Part shown: in pieces, positions 24,801-36,086 of the stretch
How the letters are laid out: each line of letters begins with the position of its first letter
Numbering within the stretch: position 1 is the stretch's first letter
Assembly: GCF_902713615.1 (NCBI RefSeq)
Contig: NC_052157.1
Span: 56,819,790 to 56,883,789, forward strand
Reading direction: 5' to 3'
Source: Scyliorhinus canicula
Taxonomy: Eukaryota
Length of the DNA: 64,000 bases
Notes under the pieces: generated by a model
What the model was told of the DNA's origin: nothing
The model's input: only the letters and a program-made list of their open reading frames with translations
Database searches by the model: none
Position numbers and translations under genes: made by a program

Positions 24801-26084
24801 GGTAACTGTCATCCTGAACGTTTCCACCACGGGATCCTACCAGGCACCGAATAGGGAACAGTCCGGATTCTCACAGAACTCGGTGCATTGGTGCATCTGC
24901 GCCGTCACGGAGGCCTTATATGCCCAGTCGGCCCAATATATCCATTTCAATGTGGACCGAGGCCATTAGGATGCCAGGGCAGCGGGGTCCACCGCCATCG
25001 CCGGGATGGCCCAGGTCCAGGGGCTGATCGACAGGATGCATGTCGCCCTACGAACACCTGCAGATGACAGGTCGCTCTTCACAAACCTCCACCGCCCTGG
25101 CTGGGGGGGTTGGGTGACAGGGTTTATCCACCGTGGTCGTGGCTGATGACACCTATCCAGAGGCCACAGACCGACGCAGAGGCCCGCAACAACGACGCCC
25201 ATACAGCGACCAGGAGCATGATCAAGCGGCGTGTCAGCTTCCTGAAGATCCGCTTCAGGTGCCTGGAGCACTCTGAGGGGACTTCCAGTATGATGCTGAG
25301 AGGGTCGCCTGCATGGTGGCGGCCTGTTGCGTCCTCCACAACATCGCACAGCTGAGGGGCGATGTGCTGGAGGAGGAGGTGGAACTTCCGACGAGGAAGA
25401 TGATGGGCAGGACATGCGGCCAATGCAGGTACGGGAGGCCACACGTGTGGATGGTCGGAGGAGGGCGGGGATCCTGGGCCACCCACAACATCAGCCCATT
25501 CCGCACCCCCCCTATCCCCTCTCTGGCCAGGATTGTGCACTAGCCCCTATAACTAAACTGTGTCCTGCATGCATGCCAACATTACTGGTGTCTAACGTTC
25601 TGGCCTTACAGGCCCTAACACTACACCTTGGTGGTTCCTCAGATGGTACTGCAGGTGTGGAGGCGGCCTGCTGTGATTCCTGCCCTGTAACCTGGGTCCC
25701 CGTTGGTGCGCGTCTTCTGGGGAAATCGGGCCACGATGGGCACGGCTGCTGCTCGGTTGTCCCGGGTGGCGTGGTCACCCTGTTCTGCCCTCTGCCCACC
25801 AGATGCAACAGAGACAGGAGGTGAGGGAGCGGGGGAGGGGGGGTTGTCTGAGGTGCTGCGGGCCCATGCTGACATCTCCCCTGCAGGAGCCACCAGCATG
25901 GGTCCTATCACCACCTCCTCCCTCGGGGTGCCCAATGGCCCCGGGGCTACTCCATGGGACGGGACTGCGAGCAGAGCCATCCACCTGGTGCTGCCAGACC
26001 TGGAGGTCTGCTCTAGTCTTGACCAGGGTCTGCATGCTTGCGGCCCTGAGGCACAGGAAGTGGCACATTTCCGTCTGGGACTGG

Positions 26085-26774
26085 GGCCGGGATTCTCCCC
26101 TACCTGGCGGGACGGGGGATCCCGGCGTAGCGGAGTGGTGCCAACCACTCCGGTGTCGAGCATCCCCAAAGATGCCGAATTCTCCGCACCTTTAGAGGCT
26201 AGGCCTGCGCCGGAGTGGTTGGCGCCGCACCGACTGGCGCCAAAACTGGCGCCAACGGCCTTTGACGCCTGCCGCCCGGTGTCAGGGCTGGCCTAAAGGC
26301 CTTCACCGGTCGCGCATGCGCCGGTGCATCAGCGACCGCTGACGTCACCACCGGCGCATGCGCGGTAGGGGGATACTCTTCTGCCTCTGCCATGGTGGAG
26401 GCCATGGCGGCGGCGGAAGAAAAGGAGTGCCCCCACGGCACTGACCCGCCCGCCAATCGATGGGCCCCGATCGCTGGCCAGGCCACCGGGGGGGGCACCC
26501 GCGACCCCCCAGGACCCCGGGGGCCGGCTCCCGCCGCCAATCCCGCCGCCATCAGAGGTGGTTGAAACCACGTTGGCGGGATTGGCCTCTCAGCGGCGGG
26601 ACTTCGGCCCATCGCGGGCTGGAGTATCGCTGCGGGGGGCACGCCGATCGGCGCGGCTTGATTCCCACCCCCGCCAATTCCCGGGTGGTGGAGAATTCCG
26701 GCCATAGCGGGGGCGGGATTTACACCGACCCTGGGCGATTCTCCGACCCTGTGGGGGGTCGGAGAATTTCGCCC
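26085..26774. mobile_element. Harbinger-type MITE (CpG-rich)
   Basis: TIRs GGCCGGGATTCTCC...GGAGAATTTCGCCC; 3 bp TSD TGG; related to 35475-36086 and 60216-60894. Confidence 0.85.
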
Positions 26775-29469
26775 TGGGTCATCTCTCTCTGTGACTGTGC
26801 CACATTGGCCAGCACCTGGGTAATGCCGCCGACATTTCCAGTCATGGCCTGCTGTGACCGGGTCACACTGAGAAACACCGCTGTGATTTCCAGGTGGCTC
26901 TGGCACATGGCTACCTGTGAGGTGGCAACCATCTCCTGGGCCTTGGTTCCCGCCTGCACTGAATGCCCCAGGCCTTGGACATTATGATGCAAAGCCGAGA
27001 CCATCACCCCCAATGCCTCCACCATGGATGCCACCCATGCGGTGTTGCCTGGGGGGCACCATATTCGGCACCACCTCCTGCTCCTGCACGCGGATGGACT
27101 CCTCCAACTGCACCTGCAGATACTGGATGCTCGCCGACAACCCCACATACAGTCCCTGGCTCTGCGGCTGCATCTCCATGATCGATAGGACTATCTGTTC
27201 CAGAAGCCTGAAACCCGTCTACATTGCAGCTAGGTCGGCCTGCCCTCCGACCGTCCGCCCCCTCGGGAGATGCTACCTCCGCCTGCTGCATTGGATCAGC
27301 TGTGTGGTGCGCACCAGAGAGTGTCCCAGGAGCCTCTTCACTAAAGTGCCCAACTGAGGTGAGTGTCTCTGGGAGGGTGGAGGGTGTTGGAGACAGCTGG
27401 ATGGAAAGTCAATATCATCCTCGGACCCGAGCTCCGGGGTCTCCTGAGTCTCGGGCGGAGGATTGGCTCTCCTCGCTATTGCTCATCTCACAGGGGGTTT
27501 CCGGTTGTGGCACTGGCTGGGGGCGGGTGCACCGGATAGACCCGCCCCATCTCCAGCCTCCCCTGCAAGACACAAGACACAACACATGATCAGACCACAG
27601 GCCAGGGAGTGGTGAGGGTGAGCTTGTGGGTAAGGGGTGGTGAGGTTGGGGCTAGCGTACGGTGAGGGTGGTGTGAAGGTGAGGGTGGTGTGGGGGTGAG
27701 GGTCGGGGTGAGGATGATTTGAGGCTGAAGGTGCAGGGTGGTGTGGGTGTGAGGGTTGGAGTAAGAGTGGGTGGGAGTGAGAGTGGGTGGGAGTGAGGGT
27801 GGGAGTGAGAGTGGTGTGGTGTATGAGGGTGTGGGTGAGGGTGGTCTGGGGGTGGTGTTGGGCGGGATTTTGACACACGTGTCCTGGGGTACTGTAACTA
27901 TGTCGGGTCTCACTTCCTTGTCACGGCCAAGCTCCATCTCAGTGACCTCCCTTTCCTCCGGGCCATGGACCATATCCAGGGCCCTCTGCTCAGCCACAGT
28001 GAGGGGCCACAGGTCGAGCAGTCCCCCTCCTGTCTTCTGGTGGGTGTGTGCGCCTTCTCCTGGGGGAGACGGGTTAAACAGAAAACAACAGTGTCAGACA
28101 GTCCGACGTATGTAGCCCAGGGAGTTGGTAGCTGGTGGCCTCAGTGGCCAGGGCACCCGGCCATGGCAGTCGGTATGGTGCAGGGTGGGTGGTCAGGTGG
28201 CAGGGGGACAGGAGGGGGGTGTGCCGAGTTATGAGTGTGTGGGACGGGGTTAGTGCCAGGGGCACAGTGCTGCCTGCTCACCCTGGCCAGCCTGAGGACA
28301 CTTTATTTGGCACTGCTGGCTGGTCCGGACAGGGTTGCCCATGGAGCTGACCATCTCTGCCAACTGTGCCCAGGCATGGTGAATGGCAGCGGCTGGCAGT
28401 CTCCTTCCTGGTCCAGAGTACAGGGCGGCAGACCTCTCCTCCATGGCGTCCAAGATGGTCTTGAGCTCTGAGTCTGTGAAACTTGGGGCCGCGGGTCTTG
28501 CTGCCATCTTGTTGGCTGGGATGGTGTGTGTGGGGAGTGAAGTGAGTATCTGCTCCTGCAGCTTGTCAGCCTCCTGAGTGTCAATCGTGAAACCGGAGAA
28601 TCCGGCACCGTTTCTCATCAGAGTCGATTGTGTTGCACGAGGCGCGGGTGCTGGCTTATTAACAGTAGCTGAATCGGTCCAGTTGCGGCATCAGGTTTGC
28701 TGTCGGTGGACACCACGAATCCTGCAACAGCGTCAACACTTAGTCTCTGAAACTGAGAATCCCGCCCCTTTCATTTACAAGGTTCCTGGTGAATCACGTT
28801 GGAGATGTTTGTAGCCTGGAACGTAGATCTGAATATGATTGGTTGTTTCTCGCACATCCCCAGGGGCCTGACGAGCGTTGGACGCAGCGGTTGTATAACA
28901 GAAATTACACCGAGGTGCACATCCAGAGAGACAACGGCAACAAAAACAAAACAGGTGATCTGGGTCGCTGCCACGTCGCCGATTGTGGGATCTTGCTGTG
29001 CAGCCTTTCCGACAGGACAAGAGCAACATTGCTTGAATAAACAAAAAGCCCCTTCACCTCACACATCCTGAGTAGGATGTTCGCTCTGGAAATGCTGATT
29101 CATTCGCAACGAAACAACATTTTGGTCGAAAGTGGTCTCGGTTCCCGTTTTAACAGCCGACAGGGCAGAAAGGTCAGTTCAGAGATGTTTCTCTCACTGA
29201 ATCGAGAGGAGGAGGGGGGCGGGGGGAAGCTGAAGAGGTGGTTTGGGGACAAGGGAGCGAGATGCTGGGGAGGGGGAGGGGTTAGCTGAGGAGGTGGGTT
29301 GGGAGGAGGGAGCGAGATGCTGGAGAGGGGGAGGGGTTAGCTGAGGAGATGGGTTGAGGAGGGGGGAGTGACGATGCGACTTGTGACACACACCCCCTCC
29401 CCAGATCCAGGCTCTCCAGGGGTGTGGAAAGGGTTGGGTGGGGGAAGAGACTCTCAAGCCTTAGAATTT

Positions 29470-29690
29470 GAGACGTTTCAATGAGATCCCCCCCCATTCA
29501 TCTAAACACCCACTCTCCTCAATCCCAACTCATGGGGACAATCCCTACATCCCAGGAATCGGCCCGGTGAGCCCTCGTCACACCCCTGCCAAGGAAAGTA
29601 GACCCTTCCCCAGGTAAGGAGACCAGAACTGGACATGGTGCTCCAAGGGTGATCTCACTGCCCTAAACTTTACAAAATTGAACCCGCCTG
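29470..29690 (-). mobile_element. CR1 RT 3' fragment
   Basis: Similar to the CR1 at 54050-54300 (GTAAGGAGACCAGAACTG, ATCCCCCC-CATT motifs). Confidence 0.6.
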
Positions 29691-29734
29691 AGCAAGGTCT
29701 CAAATCCCTTCATTCCTTGCAGCAAGCGAGGGTT

Positions 29735-29860
29735 TTGAATATAAAGCTGGTCCAGGCGCCACCCCCAGGCAGGACGTGCCAGAGCGAGAGAGGAAACCAA
29801 ACTCAAAGAACGTTTTGAGAACCACAGCCACTTGATGACTTCCTGCCCAATCACAGAACC
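29735..29860 (+). promoter_or_regulatory. Candidate lymphoid-type promoter of the IgV gene
   Basis: TATAAA 29740-29745; GAGGAA ~29790; RUNX AACCACA 29820-29826; E-box CACTTG 29829-29834; ETS ACTTCCTG 29838-29845; CCAAT 29847-29851; in non-repetitive DNA upstream of ATG 29948. Confidence 0.45.
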
Positions 29861-29947
29861 TGCACGGGAGCTCATAGCGGCGAAGGCAGCGATGCCTGAG
29901 GCAACTCCCCACCTCATACCGATACAAAGGCTTTCCCAGTCCTGAAA

Positions 29948-30019
29948 ATGGGCAAATCCCCGCCAAGGAGGTGGCACCCTGTTCCAGAACCTTCCGCTGC
30001 CTCACGACCACACATCCAG
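29948..30019 (+). CDS. Putative first coding exon of the VJ-type IgSF gene (MGKSPPRRWHPVPEPSAASRPHIQ)
   Basis: Strong Kozak context (aaaATGg), 24 open codons, donor CAG|GTAGGT in phase 0, matching the phase-0 acceptor at 46371. Confidence 0.5.
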
Positions 30020-30084
30020 GTAGGTGGAAGCAATCCTAAAACACCTGGGTCGTAGACTCAAGAGTTTTGCAGTACAGAAAGACC

Positions 30085-30790
30085 CTTCAGCCCATCGCGT
30101 CCGCACCAGTCAATGCCCATCTATTTATTCTGATCCCATTTTCTAGCACTTGGCCCGCAGCCTATATGCTCTGGCCTTTCAGGTGTTCAGCCTTCTCTGC
30201 TCCAAGGAAAACAACCCCAGCCTATCCAGTTTCCATACATAGCTAAAACACTTCAGCCAGGCAACACCCAGGTGAGTCTCCTCTGCACCCTCGCCACTTA
30301 CTTACTACAGTGAGGCGATCAGAGCAGTGCACAGTACTCTAGCTGTGGCCTAACCACCATCTTATTCAGCTGCATCGTAACCTCCCTGTTCTTATATTCA
30401 ATGCTCCGGCTAATAAAAGCAAGTGTCCCATTTGCCTTCCTAACTGCGTCTTCTTCGGAGCAGAGAAGGTTAAGGAGGAGATTTACTGGAATGTTCCCGG
30501 GGCGGGGGGGGGGGACTGGGAGAAGCTGGGATCGTTCTCCTCGCAACAGAGAAGAAACGTTTGAAATCATGAGGGTGGTGGGGGGGTAGAGTTGATAAGG
30601 AGAAAGTGTTTAAGTGTTTCCCAGCGGGAGGAGGCTCAGTAACCAGAGGGGTCACAGATTGAAGAGAATCGGGAAAGGAACCAGAGGGGGTGAGGGGAGA
30701 TGAGGAGAATTTTTATTTCACACACGGCGAGTTGTTGTGATCTGGAAGGTGCTGCCTGAAAGGGCAGTGGAAGCAGATTCGATAGAGGGA
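30085..30790. mobile_element. Two CR1 3' fragments in opposite orientations (- ~30085-30440; + ~30450-30790)
   Basis: KANGTLAFISRSIEYKNREVTMQL...VRPQLEYC on minus; RRFTGMFPG and GGSVTRG..LKRIGKGTRG remnants on plus. Confidence 0.7.
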
Positions 30791-30959
30791 AGGATTCTCC
30801 AGTCCGTCAGCCGTGTTTTCCGGAGCTGCGCGTCCCCGTCATCAGCGGGATTCTCCATTCCCGCGGCCGGCCAATAGGGCCACCCCGTGCCGTCGGCAAA
30901 CCTGCGGCCGTGGATGCGCTCCCAGCGCACCGGAAGATCCCGCCGACGGAGAATTCCCC
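30787..30959. mobile_element. Small Harbinger-type MITE
   Basis: TIR-like ends GGGAAGGATTCTCC...GGAGAATTCCCC; GC-rich interior. Confidence 0.6.
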
Positions 30960-31523
30960 TGAGAAACTTTCAAAATGGGGGGAATTCGGGAAATACTGGA
31001 GGGGGAAAATTTGCAGGAATATTGGGGGAAAGTGCGGGGGGGGGGGGGGGGGAGTGGGGATTGATTGGATGGAACGTTGAAGTTTACGGGTCGAGCGAAC
31101 AACAGACTGAACTGGGAGATGCCAGAGAGGGATGGTTTTAAGGGAATATCGGGAATTAAGGAAAAGCAGGACAGCCGAGCAAAAGGACCCGGTGATGAAT
31201 TTTTACAGGATATTAATGATTTTGCTATTTATTCCATTATTAATGACCGAATGGGAAAAAAATCTGACCCATGAGATGCATAGGCCGATATCAGGGACAA
31301 TGCAACTAAACGCTGAGCCGCAGAGGTGGGTTTCTAAGGAGCGTCTTGGAGGAGGAGAGAGAGAGAGACACAGACAGAGAGAGAGATAGGCTTTAGAGAG
31401 AGAGAGACTGGTGTTCGAGAGAGAGAGGGTGAAGGACAGGGACAGGGTGAGAGAAAAGGAGAGACAAGGGAGGAAGAGACAGAGAGAGAGAAATACGTGA
31501 GAGTGAGGGTGAAGTACAGGGAG

Positions 31524-31990
31524 ATAATAATAATATATAATAATTTTTATTAGTGTCACAAGTAGGCTTAAATTAACACTGCAATGAGGTTACTGTGAAA
31601 AGCCCCTAGTCGCCACACTCCGGCGCCTGTTCGGGTACACAAGGAGAATTCAGAATAAAAGCAAATTACTGCGGTTGCTGGAATCTGAAACGAAAGAGAA
31701 AATGCTGGAAAATCTCAGCAGGTCTGGCAGCATCTGTAGGGAGAGAAAAAAGCTAACGTTTCGAGTCTGATGACTCTTTGTCAAAGCTCAATTTTTGTCA
31801 AAGAGAATTCAGAATGTCCAATTCACCCAACAAGCACGTCTTTCGGGACTTGTGGGAGGAAACCGGAGCACCCGGAGGGAACCCAGGCAGACACGGGGAG
31901 AACGTGCCGACTCCGCACAGACAGTGACCCAAGCCGGGAATCGAACCCGGGACCCTGGCGCTGTGAAGTCACAGTGCTAACCACTGTGCT
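31524..31990 (-). mobile_element. V-SINE (alternative tail) containing a nested Penelope-terminal insert
   Basis: SINE sequence interrupted at 31657-31802; 13 bp direct repeat GAGAATTCAGAAT at 31644-31656 and 31803-31815. Confidence 0.85.
31751..31788 (-). ncRNA. Minimal type-I hammerhead ribozyme-like motif in a Penelope-derived insert
   Basis: Minus strand reads AGCT-UUGACAA-A-GAGUC(AUCA)GACUC-GAAA-C-GUU-AGCT: stem I AGCT/AGCT, core with U3-A8, perfect 5 bp stem II, GAAAC and a GUH triplet. Confidence 0.55.
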
Positions 31991-32099
31991 AAGAGAGGGC
32001 GAGAGACAGAGAGAGAAAAACAGGGGAAGAGCGAGAGGATGAAGGATAGAGTGTGAGAAACAGAGATACTAAAAAAAGAGATGTTGAGAAAAACAGACG

Positions 32100-32450
32100 G
32101 ATGTCAGTGGACTAGTAATCCAGAGTCTGATGCTCTGGGTACACGGATTCAAATCTCAACAGGACAACTGATGGAATTAAAACCTAATTAATAAAATCTG
32201 GAACATAAAACTAGTCTCAGTAATGATGACCATGAAACCATTGTCAATTGTTGTGAAAGTCCATCTGATTCATTAATGTCCTTTAGGGCAAGAAATCTAC
32301 CGTCCTTACCTGGTCTGGCCTACATGTGACTCCAAACCCACAGCAACGTGGTTGACTCTTACCTGTGCCTCTGGAATGGCCGAGCGAGACACTCAGGAAA
32401 TTAGGATGGGTGTCAAATGTTGGTTTGATCAGCAAGGCCCGCAGACCCAG
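32100..32450 (+). mobile_element. Deu-domain SINE (SacSINE1-like)
   Basis: GAAATCTACCGTCCTTACCTGGTCTGGCCTACATGTGACTCCAAACCCACAGCAACGTGGTTGACTCTTA; tRNA-like head remnant. Confidence 0.75.
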
Positions 32451-32460
32451 AGTAAATAAC

Positions 32461-32590
32461 AGTCTGGAAATTCCAGAGCTCAGAGCCACAGGCTGCTGAA
32501 GGCACGGCCGCTAACGCTGAACCGATGGGAATCAGAGAGTGTTCGAGAGGCTGGAATTGGACAAATGCAGAAATCTCGGAGAGATGTAGG
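32461..32590 (-). mobile_element. L2 LINE ORF2 C-terminal fragment
   Basis: Minus translation (with frameshifts) PY..PR.L..SNSSL...GRAFSSLGSELWN, resembling the L2 motif GxRAFSxxAPxLWNxLP; continuous with the minisatellite. Confidence 0.65.
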
Positions 32591-33948
32591 GGTTGGAGGA
32601 GTTTACAGAGATAGGGAGGGTTGTAGGGGCTGGAGGAGGTTACAGAGATAGGGAGGGATGTAGGGGTTGGAGGAGTTTACAGAGATAGGGAGGGTTGTAG
32701 GGACTGGAGGAGTTTACAGAGATAGGGAGGGTTGTAGGGGCTGGAGGAGTTTACAGAGATAGGGAGGGTTGTAGGGCTGGAGGAGGTTTCAGAGATAGGG
32801 AGGGTTGTTGGGACTAGAGAAGGTTACAGAGATAGGGAGGGTTGTAGGGGCTGGAGGAGGTTACAGAGATAGGGAGGGCTGTAGGGCTGGAGAAGGTTGC
32901 AGAGATAGGGAGGGTTGTAGGGGCTGGAGGAGGTTTCAGAGATAAGGAGGGTTGTTGGGACTGGAGAAGGTTACAGAGATAGGGAGGGTTGTTGGGACTG
33001 GAGAAGGTTACAGAGATAGGGAGAGTTGTTGGGACTGGAGAAGGTTACAGAGATAGGGAGAGTTGTTGGGACTGGAGAAGGTTACAGAGATAGGGAGGGT
33101 TGTAGGGCTGGAGAAGGTTACAGAGATAGGGGGGGTTGTAGGGGCTGGAGGAGGTTTCAGAGATAGGGAGGGCTGTAGGGCTGGAGGAGGTTACAGAGAT
33201 AGGGAGGGCTGTAGGGATGGAGGAAGTTTCAGAGATAGGGAGGGTTGTTGGGACTGGAGAAGGTTACAGAGATAGGGAGGGTTGTAGGGGATGGAGGAGG
33301 TTACAGAGATAGGGAGGGCTGTAGGGCTGGAGAAGGTTACAGAGATAGGGAGGGCTGTAGGGCTGGAGGAGGTTTCAGAGATAGGGAGGGTTGTTGGGAC
33401 TGGAGAAGGTTACAGAGATAGGGAGGGTTGTTGGGACTGGAGAAGGTTACAGAGATAGGGAGGGCTGTCGGGCTGGAGGAGGTTGCAGAGATAGGGAGGG
33501 TTGTAGGGGCTGGAGGAGGGTACAGAGATAGGGAGGGCTGTAGGGGCTGGAGGAGGTTACAAAGATAGGGAGGGTTGCAGAGGCTGGAGGAGGTTACAGA
33601 GATAGGAAGGGTTGTAGAGGCTGGAGGAGGTTACAGAGGTAGGGAGGGTTGTAGGGGCTGGAGGAGGTTACAGAGATAGGGAGGGTTGTAGATGCTGGAG
33701 GAGGTTACAGAGATAAGGATGGTTATAGGAGCTGGAGGAGGTCACAGAGATAGGGAGGGTTGTCGGGGCTGGAAGAGGTTACAGGGATATGGAGGGCTGT
33801 AGGGGCTGGAGGAGGTTACAGAGATAGGGAGGGTTGTAGAGGCTGGAGGAGATTACGGAGATAGGGAGGGTTGTAGGGGCTGGAGGAGATCACAGAGTTA
33901 GGGAGGATGGTAGAGGCTGGAGGTTACAGAGATAGGGAGGATTGTAGG
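32581..33948. repeat. 36-37 bp G-rich minisatellite, array part 1
   Basis: Unit GGAGGAGGTTACAGAGATAGGGAGGGTTGTAGGG(G)CT, roughly 37 copies. Confidence 0.95.
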
Positions 33949-35474
33949 TGTCGTGTTAAACAAAGTGAGATAACACGGGCTGCAACTGGATGCAGCTATA
34001 ACTGAAATATACTCCAGACCTTGAAGTTAGTTCAATTTTATTTATTGAACCTGTCACACAGTTAGCTCAGTTCTCTGTGAGTTCGACTCTCTGCTAACCT
34101 AAGTGTGATTAATCTGTCTGACTGAACCAGACTAGCTGTTAGCCACGTGCCGGAGGTGTTATGTGATATATACACCTGACTCACTCTGTAGGTGTCCCCA
34201 GTGGAAAGAGGCAGAGCGTGAGTGTCTCGTGCCTTTTATAGTGAGAAACCACCCCCATGTGTTCTGCCTGCTGATTGGTTATGTCCTGTTCTCTGTGTTC
34301 ATTAGCTGCCTGTCTGTATCTCATTATGTGCATGTCTGCATATCATGACATCTCCCCTTTTGAAATGTTTTTCTGTAGCATATGTGAAAGTATTTACATG
34401 TGTAGGCCGAAAAACTATCTTATTTACATAAAATGGCAGATATGTACATGTGAAAACAGGTGTCCAGTGTGCGAAAACAGAACATAGCAAACAAAACAAA
34501 TGTTCATAAATTCAGTCTCTGGGGCTTGCGTCTGATCCTGGTCAATAGCCGGAGAGGTGGCGGCGGGGACGACGGAGCCTTGATGGGCGGGATTGCAGCC
34601 GGACTGGTGGTCTCGTGGTTCAAGGTATCAGGGGGTGGCACAATAACAGATGGAAACAATGAAGAATGTGGTTGCGGGCAGGCAACTGTACGCAGTGCCT
34701 GGCTGTTTCGCCACACAACAGAGCCATCAGCCATACGCACAACGTGCGATTGAGAAGCAGCCTGTCGGACAACAACCGCTGGAGCTGACCAGCCTCCATC
34801 AGGTAGCTTGATCCGAACAGCATCCGCCAGGGGTAACACAGGCAACTCGGTGGCATGAGCATCATAGCCCTGCTTTTGCCGGCCCCTGAGTTTCTGCATC
34901 TTCTGCAGCAACGGGAGGTGATCCACATCAGGCAAGTGAATGGCTGGAAGGTTCATCCGCAGGTCCCTGTTCATCAGGAGTTGAGCCGGTGACATGCCGG
35001 TAGACAGAGGGGTTGCCCTGTACGCAAGCAGCTCAAGGTTGACGTCAGAAGCAGAATCTGCGGCCTTGCGGATGAGCTGCTTCACTCTGTGTACTCCTTT
35101 CTCAACCTTCCCATTGGACTGCGGGTAATGTGAGCTGAAAGTGACGTGATGAAACTGATATAGCTGGGCAAAACTTGACCACTCTTGGCTGCTGAAGTAA
35201 GGACCGTTGTCACTCATGACAGTGAGTGGAATACCATGCCTGGAGAACGTCTCCTTACAGACCTTGATGACGGTCTTGGATGTGAGGTCTGAGAGCTTCA
35301 CAATTTCTGGGTAGTTGGAAAAATAATCAATGATTAGCACATAATCACGGCCATTGGCGTGAAAGAAGTTGATGCCCATATTGGACCATGGGGAGGCCAC
35401 TTCTTGTGCTGCTGAAGAGTCTCCTTGCTCTGTGCTGGCTGGAAGCATTGACAGGTCAGACAGTTGAGGACCAT

Positions 35475-36086
35475 GGGCAGAATTCTATGACCCCCGCAGG
35501 GTCGGGGAATCGTCCAGGGCCGGCGTAAATCCCGCCCCCGCCGTGGCCATAATTGGCTGACAGGCCAATCCCGCCGGCGTTGTTTAAACCACCTCTGTGC
35601 CGGCGGGATTGGCGGCGCGAGCGGGCCCCCGGGGTCCTGGGGGGGGGGGGGGGGGCGTGGGGCCATCGGCCCCCAGGGGGTGCCCCCACGGTGGCCTGGC
35701 CCGCGATCGGGGACCACCGATCGGCGGGCCGGCCAATGCCGTGGGGCACTCTTTTTCTTCCGCCGCTGCCACGGCCTCTACCATGGCGAGGCGGAAGAGA
35801 CCTCGTCCATCGCGCATGCGCCGGTGGTGACGTCAGCGGCCGCTGACGCTCCGGAGCATGCGCGGACCGGCGAAGGCCTTTCGGCCAGTCCCGACGCCGG
35901 GCGGCGTAGCGCCAAAGGCCGTTGGCGCCAGTTTTGGCGCCGGCCGGCGGAGCGGAAACCACTCCGGGGCGGGCCTAGCCCCTAAAGGTGAGGAGAATTC
36001 TGCACCTTTGGGGAGGCCCGACGCTGGAGTGGTTGGCGACACTCCGCTACGCTGGGACCCCCTGTCTTGCTGGGTAGGTTGCGCCC
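35475..36086. mobile_element. Harbinger-type MITE inside the outer Gypsy integrase
   Basis: GGGCAGAATTCT...GCGCCC ends; 3 bp TSD CAT; homologous to 26085-26774. Confidence 0.85.

Larger units (their letters stand above)
24200..28768 (+). mobile_element. Harbinger/PIF remnant 2: transposase (+, ~24290-25540), Myb/SANT-like gene (-, ~25560-28500), right TIR
   Basis: RACRQRLLLRRE, QVQGLIDRMHVAL, ATRSMIKRRVSFLKIRFRCLE; minus ORF MAARPAAPSFTDSELKTILDAMEER...AWAQLAEMVSS...RTSQQC; TIR GAGAATCCCGCCCC at 28755-28768. Confidence 0.85.

Noticed and set aside
20595-28768. Host HARBI1/NAIF1 genes
   Set aside because: Frameshifts, stops, nested SINEs/MITEs and a TIR indicate decayed transposons.
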